Part shown: piece by piece, positions 1 to 12,350 of the stretch
Layout of the letters: each line of letters begins with the position of its first letter
Position numbering within the stretch: position 1 is the stretch's first letter
Source of the DNA: Carcharhinus amblyrhynchos
Lineage: Eukaryota
Length of the DNA: 64,000 bases
NCBI GenBank assembly: GCA_965287045.1
Contig: OZ336891.1
Location: 47,120,001-47,184,000, forward strand
Direction of reading: 5' to 3'
Program-made: the position numbers and the translations under genes
Notes under the pieces: generated by a model
The model's database searches: none
What the model saw: the letters and a program-made list of their open reading frames with translations, nothing else
What the model was told of the DNA's origin: nothing

Positions 1-59
1 AGTGACAGTAACACTATCACCTGAAGCCCAAAAAAGGACCTCAATAAGTGTTGATTACT

Positions 60-1660
60 GTTGAAGTTTAACAAGTGCACAACTCATCCTCAGTTCTTAA
101 GGGACTATTGGAAGCGCATGATCAGTAAGATTCACACATGAGCAGTTAGAAGAGAGTATATCCTGGGTCAGACAGCCAGACTGTGTGTGTATTCGGTGCA
201 GAGGGAAGAGAGGCAAGGTGCTGTTTGCTTTCTAATTTTTAAAAATCTTCAGGGTGATTGTGCCCTACCTGAATGAATAGAGGCTACAAGGGAGACTGCT
301 GATTGGCAAGTAGCTTCTCAAATTTAAAGCAACACTACAGAAAGGCAAGAGTTCTAACTTTTAAAACAAAAACACCTTACATAATTCAGGTAGGAGTCTT
401 TTAAAGACGACTGGGGAGCTCAGTCCTGTGTTTTGCATGGTCTGCATTATGTGGACATTGTGCAATCTGGATCAAGTATAAGAATAGGAGAATAGAGCAG
501 ATGAATGTGTGGCTGAACACATGATACAGAAGGAAGGACTTTAGTTTCTGGGGAAGGGGGGGGATCTGTACAAATGAGTTGCACCTGGTTTTTTGGGGGG
601 GGGGGGGGGGGGAAGGAGAAGGGGGGGTTAAACTATGAGGTCACATTGTGGAGGTACAGTGAGGGGGAGGGAAGAGTAATGCAGAGCCAAATTAGGTGAG
701 CCTGGAAGATAGTGGAAAGAGTGACATGTTAAGGCACAAGGGAATATGGCAAGATAGATGGCATTTATTTTAATGCAAGGAGTCTTGTAGATAAAGCAGA
801 TGAACAGAGTGTGTTGATTAACACATGGGAGTCTGATTTATTACTGTATACTGCAGAACCTCCCCCCCTCCAAAGTCAGGAAGACAAAAGCAGAAATGTA
901 GGCAAATCTCAGTTGTAAAAAATAAGTTAATAATAGTTGGGGCTTTCAACTTCCAATATTTGAGATAGTTTATGAAAAAAGTGAACATTGGTCCTATAGA
1001 CAAGACAACCTTGGGAGATGGCAGATGTACTGAACAGGTAGTTATTTTAAATTGGTCTTCACCACAGGAAGACACAAGGAACATCCCAGAATTAACCTTA
1101 AAGTCAGGAATTGGAAGGGAAAGTTGAACAAGGAAAGTGGTACTGAGCAAATAACTGGAACTGCAGGCTGACAAGTCCCTGCATCCTGATGAACTTCATT
1201 CTAGTGTCTTAGAGTGACTGAGGTAGTCGATGCATTGGTTTTAACTTTCCAAACTTCCCAGACCTGGGCAAGGTTCCATTAGTTTGGAAAATGGCAAATG
1301 TCACTGCTTTATTCAAAAACAGAAATCGGAAAGCAGGAAACCATGGGCCAGTTATCTTAACTTTTTCCCTATGACAAATGTTAGAAGCTAGTTATTAGGC
1401 AGAATCAACATGATTTGAGAAAGGAAAATCATGTTTAACCAATTTATTGGATTTCTTTGAAGTGACATGCTGTGGATGAAGGTGAACTGGTGGATGTACT
1501 GTAATCACACAAGACAGTGCAACACATTTTTGGATGATAAGGGAACGAACAGAAATGGGGTCAATGTGGGCAAGTGAAATCGAAGTAGATCACATTATGG
1601 AATGGTGGAGCAAGCTTATGCCCTTGTGTAACAAAGTCAACATTTTGAAGTCAGCTGGAC
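60..1660 (+). mobile_element. Old, internally deleted CR1 LINE (ORF1 esterase remnant plus ORF2 EN/RT remnants)
   Basis: Degenerate motifs: LNVWL..(ORF1 SGNH end) ~500, YFNARS ~765, DKS.HPD.LH ~1170, WKMANVT.LFK ~1285, GKSCLTNLL ~1422; many indels and stops. Confidence 0.8.
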
Positions 1661-1689
1661 ATAAATGTCAAGGCTCATTCTGAACAGAG

Positions 1690-2105
1690 TGAAATGGACT
1701 GGCTCTGTACTCAGAATTTAGAAGGATGAGGGGGGGGATCTTATAGAGGCGTACAAGATAATGAGGGGGATGGATAGGGTAGAGGTAGAGAGATTCTTCC
1801 TGCTTAGAATGGGTAGCAGGACTAGAGGAAACAGCCTCAAGATAAGGGGGGCAGTTTAGATCAGAGTTGAGGAGGAACTTCTTCACTCAAAGGGTGGTGA
1901 ATCTCGAATTCTCTGCCTGTTGAAGTGGTGGAGGCTACCTCGCTGAATATATTAAGTCATGGTAGATAGGTTTCTAATAGACAGGGGAATTAAGGGTTAT
2001 GGGGAGAAAGCAGAATTGAACCACTTCAGATTGGCCATGATCTTGTTGAATGGCGGGGCAGGCTTGAAGGCCTACTCCTGCTCCTATTTCTAAGGTTCTT
2101 ATGAT
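1690..2105 (+). mobile_element. CR1 LINE 3' fragment, related to the young family at 26.1-29.2 kb
   Basis: GLYSEFRRMRG...ELRRNFFTQRVVNL; tail ctcctgctcctatttctaaggttcttatg. Confidence 0.9.
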
Positions 2106-2222
2106 TTATGAAAAGATTTTTCAATCTATATGCTTGCTAGTAAATTCCACTATGTTCAAAGAATCTGCCACATTTAAAAATGCACTTACATTTTTAAAGA
2201 TGATTAAGGAACAAGGCATTAC

Positions 2223-2329
2223 CTTGACAACAAGATCCACATAGCCTTTGTCATCATCACTGCTAACTGGAGTATATGGTCGCACAACAAGATTTCCATC
2301 AATTGTTGCAGAGAGATACACATGTTTTC
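2223..2329 (-). CDS. cyb5r1: NADH-cytochrome b5 reductase 1, coding exon 4 (107 nt)
   Basis: tttcaatgcag|...|gtaatg splice sites; (G)[35 protein letters not shown] includes the FAD-binding RPYT motif; 107 nt matches the CYB5R family exon as recalled. Confidence 0.95.
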
Positions 2330-2419
2330 CTGCATTGAAAGATCCAAGTCAAACAATTGATGTTTAAACATTAAAACAAAGAACCTCTAAAAAGTAATGC
2401 ACAAAACTGAAGTAACTAG

Positions 2420-3340
2420 CTGATGTCCTGGGATATTAAAAGCTGAACAAGAGTGAGCAGTGCCTGCACAAGAGAAAGTAGAAGAACAGCAATGGAATGG
2501 AAGACTAAAGAAAGCATAGCCGGGCAGACAAAGCTACAAGATGTGGGGCACAGTACCCACAGATGGAGTACGATATTGGTAAATGAGGTCATCCATTTTG
2601 GTAGGAAAAACAGCAAAATGGACTAGTTAAGTGGTAAAAAAATTGCAGCATACTACTGTGCAGAGGGACCCAGCTGTCCTTGTGCAAGAATCACAAGGAG
2701 TTGGTTTGCAGGTAATTAAGGCAAATGGAATTTTGTCCTTCATTGCTAGAGGGACAGTTTAAAAACAGCGAGGTTATGTTGCAGCTGTATAAGGTGCTGG
2801 TGAGGCCACACCTGGAGTACCGTGTACAGTTTTGAGAAAGTATGTGCTGGCACTGGTGGAGGTGCATAAGAGATTCACTAAGTTGATTCTGGAGTAGCAA
2901 GAGTTGGCTTATGAGGAGAAACTGAGTAGACTGGGGCTGCACTCATTGGAATTCAGAAGGGACCTTATAGAAATAAAAGATTATGAAGGAAATAGATGTT
3001 AGAAGCAGGGAAGTTGTTTCCACTGACAGAACTAGGGAGCATGGCTTCAAAATAAGGGAAAGCAGAATTACGACTGAGTTGAGGAGGAACTTCTTCACAC
3101 AAAGGGTTGTGAATCTGTGGAATTTACTGACCAGTGAAACAGTTGAGGCTACCTCATTAAACGGTTTTAAGGCATGGATAGATAAATTTTTGAACAGTAA
3201 AGGAATTAAGGTTATGGTGAGCAGGTGGGTAAGTGGAGCAGAGTCCATGAGAAGATCAGCCATGATCTTATTGAGTGGCAGTGCAGACTCAAGGGGCCAG
3301 GTGGATCCTACTTCTAAATCATATTGTTTTGGGTTTCTAT
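2420..3340 (+). mobile_element. CR1 LINE 3' part (RT C-terminus and 3' UTR), decayed
   Basis: EVIHFGRKN, LYKVLVRPHLEY, ELRRNFFTQRVVNLWN. Confidence 0.9.
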
Positions 3341-3810
3341 TAGTTTACTGGAAAAGAATTTGCAGGTAAAGATTTTTATTCTTGGGATCACACGAATCCT
3401 AAATATATGTAGACTAACATTTAAAGCAACATCAATCAAAATCTTTTAATTGGATAATAGTTAGGGAGTGCCATGGAAGTTCTACTCAGTTTCTTCCCCC
3501 CGCCCCCCAAAGTGGCTCTAAACAAGAACATTGCACCATGTGAATGGCTGCTGACAAAAAGCAAACATGAAGATCTAACCAAATCACAGATAAAATGGAA
3601 GCACTAACAATGATGCACAAGAGCAAATAAAAAGCTCAAAAATAGCATGCATGGGTACAAGTAACAAAGAATGTGGTACTGTATGAGTACAAGTATTGAC
3701 TAGATCTTCAGCAGTGAAAACTTGCTCCATAAAAAGGGAGAAGTCTCGTGACCAGTCAATCCAGGAGTTTGCAGCCAGTAAAGCAGCTGCTCAGGGTTTA
3801 AATAACTTAC

Positions 3811-3883
3811 CAACAGGCAAACCAAGAATGTGATCGGCTGAAGGAAGAGCAAATCGAAATCGCCTGGTGTCATGACTCACAAC
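3811..3883 (-). CDS. cyb5r1: NADH-cytochrome b5 reductase 1, coding exon 3 (73 nt)
   Basis: ttttaaacag|GTTGTG...CCTGTTG|gtaag; [24 protein letters not shown](G); absent from the ORF track. Confidence 0.95.
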
Positions 3884-3971
3884 CTGTTTAAAAATCAAAA
3901 GGAAAGTGACAGTCCTTCCACCTTTTAGTAATTTTTGAAAGACTGAATACTTTGAAAAAAATTGCACTCAC

Positions 3972-4121
3972 TTCCTTATCTATCAGTCGCAGTGGGTACT
4001 TCTCATTGGCATCTTTCAAAGTGATTGCAGGTTTCTTCTTTTTGGAAAGAACGTAATGTCCCACAATAATTCCGACTGTCGTTACAAAAGCAGCACCAAT
4101 TGCAAAAAATACTCCGGAAGT
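3972..4121 (-). CDS. cyb5r1: NADH-cytochrome b5 reductase 1, coding exon 2 (150 nt; membrane anchor)
   Basis: gttacag|ACTTCC...AAGGAA|gtgagt; TSGVFFAIGAAFVTTVGIIVGHYVLSKKKKPAITLKDANEKYPLRLIDKE; hydrophobic anchor resembles CYB5R1 rather than CYB5R3. Confidence 0.93.
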
Positions 4122-4599
4122 CTGTAACAACATGTTTACATCCACCTTTAATATGAAGTTGGATCAGGATTACTTAGTTCAGGTGGCAGAATCAAATGGA
4201 GTTTGTACTTATAAAGATCAGTGTAACAAAAGCCAACACCAGTATATACTTAGTTAAAATGGCAAAGAACAAAATCACAGCTAAGAATAATTTTACATGA
4301 ACATAAAAGATGCACTAAGATTGCATAGCTTAACTTCAAGGAAACTGCTTTTGCAGTTGGAAGCCTATACAATTACTTTGCCTAACATTTTATCAAGAGC
4401 AATCTGCACAGGCAAAGGAAACATGGATTCCCAGTTCATGTTTAAAACAGCTTGCCATTAGAGCATTAGTTTTATCATGATGATTCATTAGGTAATTTCT
4501 AAAGTTAATGGGCCAGAACTTCCTGTAATCGGCAAATAAACAATGTCATCCTTCAGACTGACCCAGCCAATTTCAACAAGTTTTAATTGTCTGCCCAAG

Positions 4600-6160
4600 A
4601 ATAGTGTGTTATAAAAATGGAGATCTGGAGGCAATTGAGAGGGGAGGTATCAGATCAGATATAGTTGGGATTACTAAGAAATGGCTACAGAAAATCAAGA
4701 CAGACTTAAACATCGCAGGTATAACAGAAAAGACAGACTGGGAAGGAGATTTGAAAGTTGATTTCAAAGCCACTAGGGTGGCTTTACTTAGGGAAAAATG
4801 GAAGTGCAGCTATTAGAGAGATAGAAGCGGTTAAAATGATCTGCCACTAGTGGGGACAAAACTAGAGCAGAGCTAGCAAAAGTAGGGAAACATCTAAGCA
4901 ATAGCGATCATAATATAAAGATAAAAGAACGAGAGATCAGGGTAGCCAATTATAGGAAAGTTGATTGAGGCTAAACAGAAATAGGGAGAATAAATATTGA
5001 CAATGATGTAGTACAATTGGAAAAATTACGTGAAACAGGCACATGGAGGAAAATGGATATGAGAATATGGTCATTAAAGGATAGTTGGGATCAGAAGCAG
5101 GAATAATGAAGTGGCAAAAAATTACTATTTCAGTATTTATCAGGGAGAAGTGGGAATGACAGAGGGTAGCAGTAGAAGGGTGCATTTCTGCATGGAGGAC
5201 AGTGACAAGTGACATTTCTCAGGGATCAGTGCTGGGAACTTTGCTATTTGTAATACAGACAAATGATCAAGGGAAATGTAACTGGTTCGATTAATAAGTT
5301 TGCGGACGACAAAGGTTGGTGGATTTGCAGATAGCGATGAGGACCAGAGGACACAAGTCAGTTGGAGACTTGGGCAGATGGAGTTTAATCTGGACAAATG
5401 AGGTAATCATTTTGGAAGGTCTAATTCAGATAGGAAACATACAGTAAATGGCAGAACCCTTGAGAGTATTGATAGACAAAGGGGTCTGGATTACTGGTAC
5501 ACAGGTCACTGAAGGTGGCAATGTAGGTGGAGAAGGTAGTCAAGGCAGCATACAGCATGTTTGCCTTCATCAGCCAGGACATTGGCAAGTAATGTTGCAG
5601 CTTTTCGAACCTGTTAGGCTGCACAGAAATAGTATTCAATTCTGGACACCACACTACCAGAAGGATGTGGAAGCTTTGGAGAGGGTACAGAAAAGATGTT
5701 GCCTGGTATGGAGGGCACTAGCTATGAGGAGAGATTGGAGAAACTTGGTTTGTTCTCACTGGAATAATATAGGTTGAGGGGAGACCTGAGAATCTACAAG
5801 ATTATGAGGGGCATGGACAGAATGGATAGTCAGAGGGCTTTTCCCAGGGTGGAAGAGTCAATTACTAGGGGGCACAGGTTTAAGGTGCAAGGAGCAAAGT
5901 TTAAGGGAGATGTACGAGGCAAGTTTAGTTTTTTTTTTTAAACACAGGGTGGAGGAAGCCTGGAACTTGCTGCCGGGGGAGTTGCTGGAAGCAGATAAGA
6001 TTGTGACTTAAGGGGCATCTTGACAAATACATGAATAGGATGTGAATAGAGGGATATGGTCCCCAGAAGAGTAGGGGTTTTTTTAGTTCAGTCAGACAGC
6101 ATGGTTGGTGTAGGCTTGGAGGGCCAAAGGGCCTGTTCCTGTGCTGTAACTTTGTTCTTT
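4600..6160 (+). mobile_element. Decayed CR1 LINE (EN remnant, RT remnant, 3' tail)
   Basis: DIVGITKKWL, SQGSVLG, KFADDK, IQFWTPHYQKDVEALERVQKR; tail gggcctgttcctgtgctgta. Confidence 0.85.
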
Positions 6161-6442
6161 ATTGATCATTGCATTTAACATAAAGGATGTCAATTCATAA
6201 ACTGACAAAGCTGGAGGATCAAACTCCTGGTTCAGACAGATTGTACTTATGCATTCTGAAGCTAGGGATGAGATATCATTCATTAAAAAAAAACGTGTAG
6301 TGCTACATGGACAGGCAAATAACTAGCATTATGGGGCAGTTTAACATCAATAGTAGGAAAAAAATAGAATCTCTTAAATGGCAAAAATAAAAACAATGAA
6401 TAGTTAAGAGGAAACTGCAACATTAGCCAAGAATAATAGATT

Positions 6443-7373
6443 GCCAAAAGGACGTGGAGGCTCTGGAGAGGGTTCAGAGGAGGTTTACCAGGATGTTGCC
6501 TGGCATGGAGGGGCTGGGGTACGAGGAAAGGTTGGAGAAACTGGGACTTTTCTCCTTGGAAAGACGGAGGTTGAGGGGGGACACGATAGAGGTATATAAG
6601 ATGCTGAAGGGAATAGATGAGTCAATAGCAAGAGACTGCTCCCTAGACTGGGTACAAATACGAGAGGTCATGATTTAAGGGTGGGGGAGGTATAATTTGG
6701 ATGTGAGAGGAAGGTTCTTTACGCAGAGAGTTGTGGGGGTATGGAACGCGCTACCGAGGAGGGTGGTGGAGGCAGGAACGTTGGACTCGTTTAAGGTTCA
6801 GTTAGACAGACATGAGTGAAACGAGGATGGAGGGTTATAGTAGGGGCTATTAAATAAGGTCAGAACCTCGGGAGACACCGGAAATGCAGACTTGTAAGTT
6901 AACATTTTTGCCTTTTTATTCCACAGGTGGAGGTCCACCTCGTTGTCAAACGAGGGGCATGCACATGGTGGGTCGTGCGTGGGCTGCTCTTGGAGGTTCC
7001 GGGAGTGGCCTAGTACTTCGTGTTGGCGTGTGTGCTTGATCGTGGACCAGTAGACGGGCGCCGCAACAGCTCGGTGACTAGCACTGCTGGCTGTGCAGAT
7101 ACATGGATTTGGGCCTGTGTCTGTGGGAGTTTGTGCATTCTCCCTGTGGTTGTGTGGGTTTCCTCCGAGCGCTCCGGTTTCCTCCTACACCCCAAAGATG
7201 TGCTCTTAGGCTGATTGGTTTACTAAATTGACACTATTCTCCCTTGAATCTGGCTAAGTTAGGGGTTCCATTCGTAGACACGCAGGGTAGAATAGGTGTA
7301 GGGTGATGTGGTGGCGCGGGCTCGTTGGGCCGAAGGGCCTGTTTCCCGTGCTGGGTTGTTCTTTGTTTGTTCT
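6443..7373 (+). mobile_element. CR1 3' end whose 3' UTR contains a V-SINE-like segment (LINE-SINE chimera)
   Basis: KDVEALERVQRRFTRMLPG...; after the ORF end a unique CpG-rich segment, then ggagtttgtgcattctccctgtggttgtgtgggtttcctcc (V-domain-like), then CR1-type tail gggccgaagggcctgtttcccgtgctg. Confidence 0.75.
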
Positions 7374-7964
7374 AAAAGGCCTTTGATTAGGTACTACATT
7401 ATAGATAACATAAAGGTCAGGGAATGTAGAGTCAGAGATGGAGTGGCAGTATGGATAGCAAACTGGCTGAAGTATAGAAAGAACACAGCTAAGGGGGCAG
7501 CTACTCAGACTGTGGCAAGTGGCCACAAAAGGATCAGTGCTATCAACACTTGCTCATTAATGATTTAGAGACATTGGAAATACTGACTGTTGCTCAAGAC
7601 GAGATAAACATCAAGTTAAACTTAAAATCAGAGGAACAGATATTTTAGGCTGAAGGATCAGATTCTATGCTGTACATTTCATTACCCAACAAATACCTGG
7701 GGTTTGTGCAAGGAGGGCAAGTAACTCAACCAGACTGACAAATTTAACAATGTTTCCTGGACAGCAGCTTCTGGATTTTACAGTTTAACTGCACATTTGT
7801 ATCTGCCCGAGGATGTTGTCTAAATTGCACATAAAGTGCCGAATGCCCTCGTTCCACTGTTGAACGGTCAATTTTAGCCCATTTGCATAGACTGCAAGTC
7901 TGGTCAACAGTATTATGCAAATAAGTCAGCAGTTCAGTACTAAAAACAAATTCAATTTGATTAA

Positions 7965-8248
7965 TTTTTTTATTACAATTCAATCAAGTCCAATTCAGAG
8001 TCTCAATAAGTGAGACATTCCCAATCCAAGCTGACAAGACAGAGCTTTCACCTCCTGTCCTGGGCTTGATCTACATGATCCAGACTGATTGGAGGAAGAG
8101 CTATGCCTACTCCAAGGCTTGATCTCATTTACATCTTAGCCAAAAGGCCGAGATGCTGCTTTTAAAAGTTGCTTCAAATGAAGCTGAAATGTAACCTAAT
8201 GACTTCAACCAAGCACAGCTTATTGATACTACACTTGATCTTAGCCAA
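7965..8248 (-). mobile_element. Short element with two U2 snRNA-derived segments (Keno/Utopia/SINEU-like)
   Basis: Minus strand: 8248-8225 = U2 nt 17-40 (ttggctaagatcaagtgtagtatc); 8153-8133 = U2 nt 7-27 (tctcggccttttggctaagat); ends in gtaataaaaaaa. Confidence 0.75.
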
Positions 8249-8309
8249 TAATCAAGCAGGATAAATCTGACAATTTTTATAAAAAAATTGAGTTTCACCT
8301 ACAGTAAAC

Positions 8310-8560
8310 TTTAAGAACACGAATAAGTCACTCAGCCCCCCAGGTTTGCTCCATTCAAATAGATCATAGCTGAGCTAGTTCAAATACCATTTTCTCCCCA
8401 CACTATTCCCATATCTCAAACTCCTTATCATCCATAATCTAGCAACCTCTGTCTTTAATAGAAAGACTGAACTGCCACAGCCCTCGCAGGGTAGAGAATT
8501 CCAGATATTCACTGCCCTGTGTGAAGCAGCTCCCCCTCATTGGAATCCTAAATGACTTGA
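8310..8560 (-). mobile_element. CR1 3' fragment
   Basis: Reverse complement resembles MRGSCFTQG..W followed by a CR1 3' UTR. Confidence 0.65.
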
Positions 8561-8639
8561 TTATGCCAAAACTTGTTCTAAAGAATGCTACACAACTGAA
8601 ATTGCTCAATGAGTATAGTAGCCAAACCTCATGCACCAT

Positions 8640-8892
8640 AACTTTAGTTTATTTATTAGTCACAAGTAATGCTTACATTAACACTGCAATGAAGTTATTG
8701 TGAAATACACCTAGTCACCACTATCCAGCATCCGTTTGGGTCAATGTACCTAACCAGCACGACTTTTAGATTGTGGGAGGAAAGCCACAAAAACACAAGG
8801 AGCGTGCAAACTCCATCCAGGCAGTGACCCAAACCAGGAATCGAACCCAGGTCCTTGGCAGAGGCAGCAGTACTAACCACTTGCTGCCCCTG
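8640..8892 (-). mobile_element. HE1-like tRNA/V-SINE, tail type b
   Basis: gtggttagtactgctgcctc head; tail ttcacaataacttcattgcagtgttaatgtaagc...ctaataaataaac. Confidence 0.85.
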
Positions 8893-9649
8893 TGAGGCAA
8901 AGTGCCAATGATAAGCAAGTGATGGGTACATAATGAACCCAAGATGTGATTGAATGGACTACCACAACACTGCAAAAAGGAACTGCCTTACAGTTTGGTG
9001 CATTTAAATAATTCCATGCAATACAAGTGTGCATCATGTCAATATTATAACATGAAAGAATGATCATTTAAAACATCCAAGATCACGTTATTGAAGTCAG
9101 TTTAAAAACAAAAGGTAACTGACCCAAGGTTAGTACTCAGGACAAGAACATGTAAACAGGATAGGGTGGTAAACCTGAATCCTGTCACTTAATACATGAG
9201 TTTGTTCAAACTCAAATATTTCCAATCCAGTTTAAAAAATTTCCAATCTGACCCGACATGAACATAATAACTACCTGATATTTATTCTCTCTCTTACTAT
9301 ATATTGAACATCTGCACATGTAAAACTACAAATAAAGTAGCACAAATGACATTAGATCCTATTTTGTACCCAACTTGGCTATCGTTTGAAAACTTGGGTG
9401 CCAGACATGTTTGGCTGTTGCCAAGGGTCAGTATGGGCAGGCGGCTATTCCCACTGACATTTAAAATAAGGCTGGTACAGCTAGGCAACTTTTATTGTGT
9501 CAATGTTGAAACTTCTCCCTAGGAGGAGGAAATGGGAACCCGTTAGCAGTTACAGACCTGCTGGAATGTTGACAGATTCACCTAAAGTAAGACTGTTGAT
9601 TTGCTGAATTTAAGTTTGTAAATCATGATCAGAATACGATATGGAACTG

Positions 9650-11172
9650 CACAGAATCACTGATGATCTAGTTCATGAAAGCTGTCCTTGTCTGACCTCA
9701 GTCTCATAATACTGACTATCAGCTTACAATTCTTCCGTAAGAAGCTGGATCAGTTCCCACCCGCCACCCCCTCAGCTGCTTCGACCACTAGATCCAAACT
9801 CCAGCACGATGTGTCAAAAATTCCACTTTACACAAATACAGTCAAGCTGGGATCTTTATACAATCAAAAGCACCAAACAAATTTCAAGTGGTTCGTCCTA
9901 GATTCTGCCAGAACCACTTGGCTCCCCACTCAGTCCATATTTGGACCAAAGCTGTAAAAAGCTGATTCCAGAGGTGATTGATAACAAGGCAGTATTTAAC
10001 CAAGTACGACATCAAGGAGCCCCAAATCCCTAGTTAATGGGAGTCGGGGAAAACACTCCCCTGGCTGGAGTCATACCTAACAGAAGCAGATGGTTGAGAT
10101 TGTTAGAGGTCAAATCACAGTCCCAGATCACAGGATAGTCCAAGGCCAAATATCCTCAATGACCTCTCCTCCAGATCAGGGGGTGTTTGCTGATGGATGT
10201 TCAGTGCCATTTACAACTTAAACACCAGAGCAGTCTGTGCTCGCATGCAAGACCCAGACAACATTTAGGCTTGGACTGGTAAGTGGTGAGTAACATTCAA
10301 ACTATGCAAGTTCCCAAGCAATGACTGTCTCCAGCAACCAAATCCAACCATCTTTCCATAAAAGCTCAACACCACCATACTGGAAGTTATCATCCACAAA
10401 AATACAAGAGGTTGCAAATTCTGTAAGTATCTCAGCTTTTAACTCCCCAAAGCCTGTTCATTATCCCAAGCACAAGTTAGGGGCATGATGAGATATTCCC
10501 CACTTGTCTGGATGAATACCATTTCAATACTCCAGCAGCTCAGCACCATTCACGGTAAAGCAGCCCACCTGATCAGCACCCCAACTATCACCTTAAAAAA
10601 CACTACTCAATCACTGTAGCAACTCACCAAGAGTCCTTTGACAACATCTTACAGACCTGTGGTCTCACTTAGAACAAGGGCAGCAGACACATGGGAATAT
10701 GGAGCAGCACATGGTTAGCACTGCTGCCTCACAGCACCAGGGACCCAGGTTCAATTCTGGCCCCAGGTGGCTACTTGTGTGGAGTCTGCATGTTCTTCCC
10801 ATGTCTGCATGGGTTTCCTCCCACAGTCCAAGAGATGTGCAGGTCAGCTCCACTGACCATGCTAAATTGCCCCTTAGCATCAGGGGGAAATCAGGCCTCA
10901 GTGGGATTTTGTCAGAGCAGACTCAATGGGCCAAATGGCCTCCTGCACTGTAGGGATTCTATGATTACTTGTCCAAGGCATATACCATCTTGACTTGGGA
11001 ACTTTCATGCCATTCCTTCAACAGTGGGCCAAAAATCATGGAACTCTAACACCGTGGGTGCACCTTCACTAGAAGGATTACAGCAGTCCAACAAAACAGC
11101 ATACCATTATTTTCCTCAAGGGCAATTAAGGCCAGCCTTGCCAACAACGTTCACATCCCACAAACGAATAAA
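9650..11172 (+). mobile_element. Decayed CR1-group LINE of a second family (KAAFDRVWH-type RT), with a SINE nested inside
   Basis: caaggcagtatttaaccaagtacgacatcaaggagcc, WLESYL, VFAD; tail ctcaagggcaatta...cacatcccacaaacgaataaa. Confidence 0.7.
10702..10965 (+). mobile_element. HE1-like SINE, tail type a (CR1-derived)
   Basis: ggttagcactgctgcctcacagcaccagggaccc...gggccaaatggcctcctgcactgtagggattctatga. Confidence 0.9.
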
Positions 11173-12019
11173 GCTTAAATTCTCATTCACTATTTGAGGG
11201 CGGGGAATTTTTAAACAGAGGACCACACCCAATTACTCACTGAAAAACCTTTAAAACTGCAGGCCAATAATCAAGTGTTCCAATTCAAGTTCTGTAGTAC
11301 TTAAAAAGGGCATTATATATAGCCTAAAGCCGAAAATAGCTAAGACGGCAGAATGAGTCAGATTTTGCATGAAGCAGACAACTGGAAACACTCCCAACAC
11401 TCCTAGCCCACCGGCGCAAAAAACTGAGGTTTGTTACTGATAACAGGATCTATTGCTGCCCTTAATACTAACGAACAATTCATAAGAATCGATTTGACAT
11501 CACAAATCTGATCACACCAAAACAGCTAAAGCTAGTTTTAAAAGCTGATCTGAAAGGATAGCGTGATAAAATAGTGATAACAGCATACATATTTACTGGT
11601 GAGCAGGACAAAGAACAGATGGCAAAAAGGGAGAGACATCCCCAACCTGGTAAGTAGTGATCTAATTCTGAGCACTTTCCCCAAGTTAGAGGTACAGAAC
11701 AAGACAACCCATTTCATAATATGATGCAGGATGGCTACAAAGCAGACAGACTATCTCCTACTTCAATACTGCAAAAAGATATTGAAAATATTAAACTGCC
11801 ACAGGTCTGTACAGTTGGGACAGCTCTCAAACTGTGCAAAGCAATGACATTTTGAATTCTGGGTTTAGCAATGTTCAAAGTACTTCTTGCACTGTTGCTG
11901 TAGGATTATGCACACTACTGTGCACACTAGATAACAGCAAATGTTACATTTAACACAAAGGTAGGATGCAACTGTTTAGACATCTTTGTAATTGCCTGCA
12001 AGTCAGCACAGGTCTGTTC

Positions 12020-12350
12020 TCAGGAGTCTCAGTACAGAAGGCCTATCAAGTCTACACTAAACCCATTTTCTAGCACTTCGCCCACAGCTTTGAACTTTAT
12101 AACATTAAGTGCTCATCCATGTGGTTTCTGAAAGGTTGAGAGGCTTCCCACCTTTAATATGCCCCCAGGCAGTGCATGCCACACTCCCGTCACCCTGGAG
12201 TGAAATTTTGTTTTCTCAAATCACTTTTTTCCCCCAAAGCTCTTCCCCACAGATTTACAGGCGAACTGCCAGTTCCTATCCATACCCCTCAAATCATGTC
12301 CCCTCACCCCACCCCCCAGCCTTCTCTGCTCTAAAAAGAAAACAACCCAA
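12020..12350 (-). mobile_element. CR1 3' fragment, decayed
   Basis: Reverse complement resembles LFSLE.RRL and FHSRVTGVWHAL followed by a tail. Confidence 0.55.

Noticed and set aside
3888-4145. 85-aa single-exon ORF as a complete gene
   Set aside because: It is cyb5r1 exon 2 read through into the flanking introns.
6894-6926. gtaagt...ttccacag mini-intron in the CR1 3' UTR
   Set aside because: 33 nt is far below the usual vertebrate minimum intron length.
7881-7922. Paired octamers (atttgcat, atgcaaat) as an snRNA distal sequence element
   Set aside because: They lie downstream of the U2 pieces in U2 orientation, not ~220 bp upstream.
8133-8248. Functional U2 snRNA gene
   Set aside because: Only nt 7-27 and 17-40 are present; there is no Sm site or 3' stem-loops.
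10702-10775. tRNA genes at SINE heads
   Set aside because: A/B boxes are present but continue directly into the SINE body; no complete cloverleaf is evident.
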